A DNA stretch of 63,922 bases, counting the filler, from Perkinsus chesapeaki ATCC PRA-425 (lineage: Eukaryota > Protista > Perkinsozoa), in NCBI GenBank assembly GCA_013115145.1. It is 6 parts of 6 records of this genome, joined end to end, with 100 filler letters (N's around TTAATTAATTAA, not from the genome) between each part and the next. Parts side by side here need not be neighbours in the genome. Positions count along the whole stretch, not along the records: positions 59,524 to 61,237 come from JAAPAO010001816.1; positions 61,338 to 62,811 come from JAAPAO010001939.1; positions 62,912 to 63,922 come from JAAPAO010002285.1; 3 more parts are not named here. One strand, given 5' to 3'. Shown here in pieces: positions 59,691 through 63,922 of the stretch. The translations under genes were made by a program, and so were the position numbers. The notes under the pieces were generated by a model, which was not told the origin of the DNA, made no database searches, and saw nothing but the letters and a program-made list of their open reading frames with translations. Numbering within the stretch: the stretch's first letter is position 1; each line of letters starts with the position of its first letter.

Positions 59691-61237
59691 CACCGGTGCA
59701 TTGAGAATTATTAATAATTTAATGTTAGTGCAGATGCTGACTGTGAGCTCACTCCCAGCTTTTATGAGCGGCTGCGCAGGACCTCACATGTTACTCACCA
59801 TATCAGTTGAAGGTGGGCGTGATTCTATGCAAAACAGTGAAGCTGTATGAAGCTTATCGAAACATCATCGAACACCGAGTTAGTTTGCACCGTTCGACAG
59901 GATGGAGAATTGGGAACCTCTCCGCAGGCTAGCTCCCACGACTCAGCCCGAAGCAACGACACTATGATATGGCCTATTGTATAATGGTATGGTTTAAGGC
60001 GTGAATCGAGACTGGCCCCACTTTCTCCAGTGCAGCACTAGCACTGCTAGTGCTGCTAGTCTGCTAGTCTAGCAGACTGCTAGTAGCAGTGCCTATTCTG
60101 CCCTCTTGTCTCTTACAGCTCTCAACTGGCATCTGATGATACCATTCTGTTCAATACCAGTAGATGAATTCCAATGAATTGAATGTGGCATTTCATCAGT
60201 CGATTCTGGCCATTTTAGGAGGGATTGTAATCCTTCCTCAACTTGTCTTTCTTTTTGGTTTTCTGTCATTACCCCGGCGAACGTTGGTCTTACGCTAGAG
60301 GAAAATCTCTTGCGCCAACTGAGAGGCTCTAGGAATAGTGGTTGCCACGATTCGGTTAGCATTCATTCTACGTTTAACATCTACCCAGTCAGCTTAGTAG
60401 TCGCCGCGCTCTTCTTTACGCCAACACCACTTTTTGTCAACATTAGTAGTGCGCCTTACCCATCGTGTATAACCACACCCTATTTTGTGCGGTGAGCCAT
60501 TGTGCTGAACGAGCCAGGCCGTCATTCAACACTGGGGATTGATTAGCTTCCCAGTTCAGTGCTTCGCCATGGGCTATGAGCCAGTAGTTACGCACTCATG
60601 GTGTGTGAGCACATAATGGGACGACAGTTGCGTGACGTGGCGTAGCTACCCCCGATATTCTACTGGTGGATGACTGTGTCCCGCAACCGCACAGCGGAAG
60701 AATGCAAAACTCTGGGCGACCATTTAGATCCGCACGGTCATTTAATAGGGCTTGAGGGTCCGCGTATCACTCAGTGAGAAGGTTCCGATCACAGGTTCCC
60801 TTGCCTTGTCACGGCTCTCGCCACAGTGACATGAAGCTCCGCCACCGAACACCCCGAACTGGCTATCGTGTCCGGGTGACATTGTAATCGGTGACGCTGT
60901 AATACTCCCACCATTATTCATCAAGATATCGGTTTGTTTGAACCTCGACAGAACTCGTAGTTCAAAAGGTTGATGGCTCATTTGTAGAATGCTGTCTTTC
61001 TCCCTTGTGTGCTCGCGTACACCCGCTATGAGCCCAGGTATCGCGCTGGTCGGGCAGCTGTTTCGTGGCCGTATCAATCAGGATGAAGTCATAGAAACCT
61101 CGCTTCTCCGCCATTCTCTATGATCTAGAGACTAGGGGGTACAGCCTACTTCTTGCTTGACTCGTTCGTTGGACAGGTTTTTGGTTTCCATTTTCGAACG
61201 CTAAATGATGAACGAGCCGGCGAGATTATCGCGTATT

Positions 61238-61337
61238 NNNNNNNNNNNNNNNNNNNNNNNNNNNNNNNNNNNNNNNNNNNNTTAATTAATTAANNNNNNN
61301 NNNNNNNNNNNNNNNNNNNNNNNNNNNNNNNNNNNNN
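61238..61337. other. Assembly gap/linker
   Basis: 44N-TTAATTAATTAA-44N. Confidence 0.98.
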
Positions 61338-62611
61338 GCTCGCTTGGGTGCACTGCGCTGCCCCATCCGCCTTCGTGAGAGAGAGTTGGTTGATGACGTA
61401 AAACTAACCGCACTCATAGCAAGATACGGAGTAAGGTCAAGGCTGTCATATTGCCCGCCCTCATGCTTGAACTTGGAAAAGTCATCATCGCTGTGCCAGC
61501 AATGGACGTGCTTGATTCGGGTATCCAGGGCAGAATCTTTAGACGCCGCCCCGAAGTCCAAGTAACCCGTCTCCCCCGAGGATCTTGAGAAGTTACCGAT
61601 GTGATTCAATGCAACATGACCGCTGTACATGGTAATGACATGGAAGTGCCAATGTGGCCATGATAAGACACCAGCACAGCAGGTCTCAAAGTTGGAGAAC
61701 TCCTGGGTGAGGAGCCATCGAGAGGCTGATATGGAAAGCTTGGCCAACGACCGTATGAGGTCCAATCGGCCATACCAAGTGCTCCCGACATTATCATGAT
61801 TATGCACGTTACGGAGATTGAGCTCCTTGGATACAAAGGCCAAGTGGGCTTTGCTGTTCTCGACAATGTAGCCTCCTTGACCAACAATAATATTGGCGCC
61901 TTCAGGTAGAGTCCAATTGGCAAACCCAGGCATTAGGAAACAGTCCAAGTCAGTTCGAATGACATAATCATACATCTATCCTTCGTACTCTGCAGTGGGC
62001 ATGATACTATTGAGGTAGGTACCATACGACACCAGCGGATCTGCAGCGTCACCATCTGGATGGTGACGGTCTTCAAGCATGATGTAATCAACGATAACAC
62101 AGGACGAGTTCCCTTCGGCATTCGTTCTCCCTACATCTGTGCATCCGAGCTCTCTAGCAAACTCGGCACCTCGGCCACTTGTTGCGATGACCAGGTCAGT
62201 CCGGAAGCTATCAGGCTGACGCGATCGTATGAGCAGCCATGAGAGAAGCATGGCTCGAAGCTCCCGAAGGAAGCCGGCTGTTGGAGTGGACGGCAAGGTG
62301 ACAAAGACACCTCGTGTGATTCGATCAGGATTATTAGTGCTGTTGCTGATCTTGGCCAAAGTGTCATCAACCAGCTTTGCGGACTAAGCTACATCGGCTT
62401 TGAGGCGATTCCTGCCTTGAGACGTTTTCCAGTAGACTTCGCTGCCGACTAGGTCCCACAGGTTAGGTTCGGCTTTCACCGCGGTGCTCATAGAAGCTGG
62501 TCTATTAGAGACGGCCGTGCGAAGATGGGAGCGAGGCGAAAGCCAGGTTCCCAATTGCACACCACAAAGTATTAGAATGATGGCCACTAAGGCCAGTGCG
62601 ATACAGGGCAT
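61338..62611 (-). pseudogene. Type II membrane protein with DxD motif (glycosyltransferase-like; resembles DUF7164-type proteins), two in-frame TAGs, 3' end in gap
   Basis: Three ORFs in one frame: MPCIALALVAIILILCG..DVA-TAG-SAKLVDD..AEYEG-TAG-MYDYVIRTDLDCFLMPGFANW..VGQGGY..HVHCWH. The family name is from memory and has not been HMM-checked. Confidence 0.6.
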
Positions 62612-62811
62612 CTAAAAAACTTAAGGCAACAAAGAAGAGGTGATTTATTCCTCCCAAGGCTGCTCTACCGACACTGAGGACTGTACGTGAGCACGTTTCA
62701 CGAGCATGTTCATGTGTGCGGTACGAAACACATCAAGGGTGTGGCGTGCGAAGGCTCACCGCCGTTCTCGCTCGCCAAGATATCTTTTTGTGTAGAAGAA
62801 ACCGCTAGGCT

Positions 62812-62911
62812 NNNNNNNNNNNNNNNNNNNNNNNNNNNNNNNNNNNNNNNNNNNNTTAATTAATTAANNNNNNNNNNNNNNNNNNNNNNNNNNNNNNNNN
62901 NNNNNNNNNNN
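62812..62911. other. Assembly gap/linker
   Basis: 44N-TTAATTAATTAA-44N. Confidence 0.98.
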
Positions 62912-63423
62912 TAACCTTACGACGTGCTTACCTAACCAAAGCAAGTCTGGCAATGAGTTATTACAAAGTGTCAATCATCAACTCCACCCCTTTACAGTTA
63001 ACCCCTTGACTCCTAATAACACTAACACGGTAGTGTGATGGCTACACTGGCGATCAACATAAATACTATATCTGTTGTTGCCACAAGGCGCGATAGAACA
63101 CTGGCAACTCCAGACTCAGGAGTCCAGAGTTGATGGCCAAGAATTGGGCTTAGCATGATTATCGGATCCGGATGAGTTAGCGAGGCGAGAGGTCCGACTC
63201 GGCGACTTTCTACAAGCTGAAGCATGGGGAAAAATGATTTGATTCTGTTCTCGTATCGAACGCAAGCAGCGAAAAGCTTGTTGAAAGACTCAGCTAATAC
63301 TGATGCATGCAATGAATGTGTGATATGATGTGGAGAAGTTATACACGTAGGACAGAGTGACAACCTAAAACTCTCCCCTCTCACGGGCCTCAGGCCACTG
63401 AGACGCGCGCTCATCGTCAGCAC

Positions 63424-63921
63424 CTAGGGTGAGAAAGTAGTAGCTGCTGGAGTGGTAGGAGCCACAGTAGTAGCTGCTGTAGTGGTAGGAGCCACAGTAG
63501 TAGCTGCTGGAGTGGTAGGAGCCACAGTAGTAGCTGCTGGAGTGGTAGGAGCCACAGTAGTAGCTGCTGGAGTGGTAGGAGCCACAGTAGTACCTGTTGG
63601 AGTAGTAGCCGCCGGAGTAGTAGCCGCTGGAGTGGTGGTCTCTCCGAATGTGTCACACACACTGGGTCCACATGGCTGGTCACCATCGAAGCATACAGGA
63701 ACATGTAGCCACCACTTGCAGTAGGAGACTCTATCACCGCCAAGAGCAGGGTTAACGGATGTGCAGTAAGCATCACAATTCGGGCTCGGGCCGTTGTGAG
63801 AGTCCGGAGGTCCCTGGGTAGGAGCGGCAGTTCCAGTGTCACAATCGGAAGAGCTGCACGGCTGGTCACCACCATAGCAGACAGGTTCAGCCTTCCACCA
63901 TTTGCAATATGATGTCGGTCC
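63424..63921 (-). CDS. 3' end of a Cys-rich-repeat, mucin-like surface/wall protein (5' end outside window)
   Basis: Frame is open to the window edge: SYCKWWKAEPVCYGGDQPC..C and SYCKWWLHVPVCFDGDQPC..C, then (TTVAPTTPAA)n, stop TAG at 63424-63426. Confidence 0.8.
   Translation of the reverse strand, partial: GPTSYCKWWKAEPVCYGGDQPCSSSDCDTGTAAPTQGPPDSHNGPSPNCDAYCTSVNPALGGDRVSYCKWWLHVPVCFDGDQPCGPSVCDTFGETTTPAATTPAATTPTGTTVAPTTPAATTVAPTTPAATTVAPTTPAATTVAPTTTAATTVAPTTPAATTFSP
63437..63586. repeat. 30-bp coding tandem repeat, 5 copies (TTVAPTTPAA)
   Basis: gtagtagctgctggagtggtaggagccaca with period 30. Confidence 0.95.
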
Positions 63922-63922
63922 A

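Noticed and set aside
61976-62386. Genome-wide TAG reassignment
   Set aside because: F2, F3 and the mucin-like gene terminate with TAG at homologous ends.
26274-62911. TTAATTAATTAA flanked by Ns as a biological motif
   Set aside because: Identical 100-bp construct five times with stops in all frames: an assembly linker. Gene adjacency across these gaps was not interpreted.

Overview
Eukaryotic, intron-rich genomic DNA, most likely from a Perkinsus-type alveolate. This is inferred from short GT-AG introns, an N-acylated Rab5b, expanded subtilisins and small secreted proteins, and a dinoflagellate-like LSU rRNA fragment. The window is six contigs joined by five artificial 100-bp linkers (44N-TTAATTAATTAA-44N). 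Bases 1-9.4 kb hold housekeeping genes (UAP1, BAP31-like, Rab5b). Most of the rest is a dynamic accessory region. It contains a four-copy tandem array and a segmentally triplicated cluster of small secreted proteins that appear to form one 4-Cys superfamily, a GAF-GAF protein, MPDU1 plus a partial duplicate, two subtilisins, a DxD-motif type II membrane protein with in-frame stops, and a Cys-rich/mucin surface protein. Mobile DNA includes a Tc1/mariner deletion derivative, retroelement remnants, and a 2.4-kb tyrosine-recombinase element with full split-direct-repeat architecture (A1-YR-B1-A2-B2) and a 9-bp core at both ends. The most unusual signals are: (i) that YR element; (ii) a 23-nt motif TGTTG-NNN-C-N'N'N'-CAACTTG-NNN-G found three times with a fully covarying triplet; (iii) a 28S rRNA fragment inserted with a 6-bp duplication and fold-back junctions; (iv) pervasive single-base-spacer palindrome cascades; (v) the hidden 4-Cys secreted superfamily. 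No database searches were run; family names come from motif recognition. Exon boundaries were traced by eye and are approximate.
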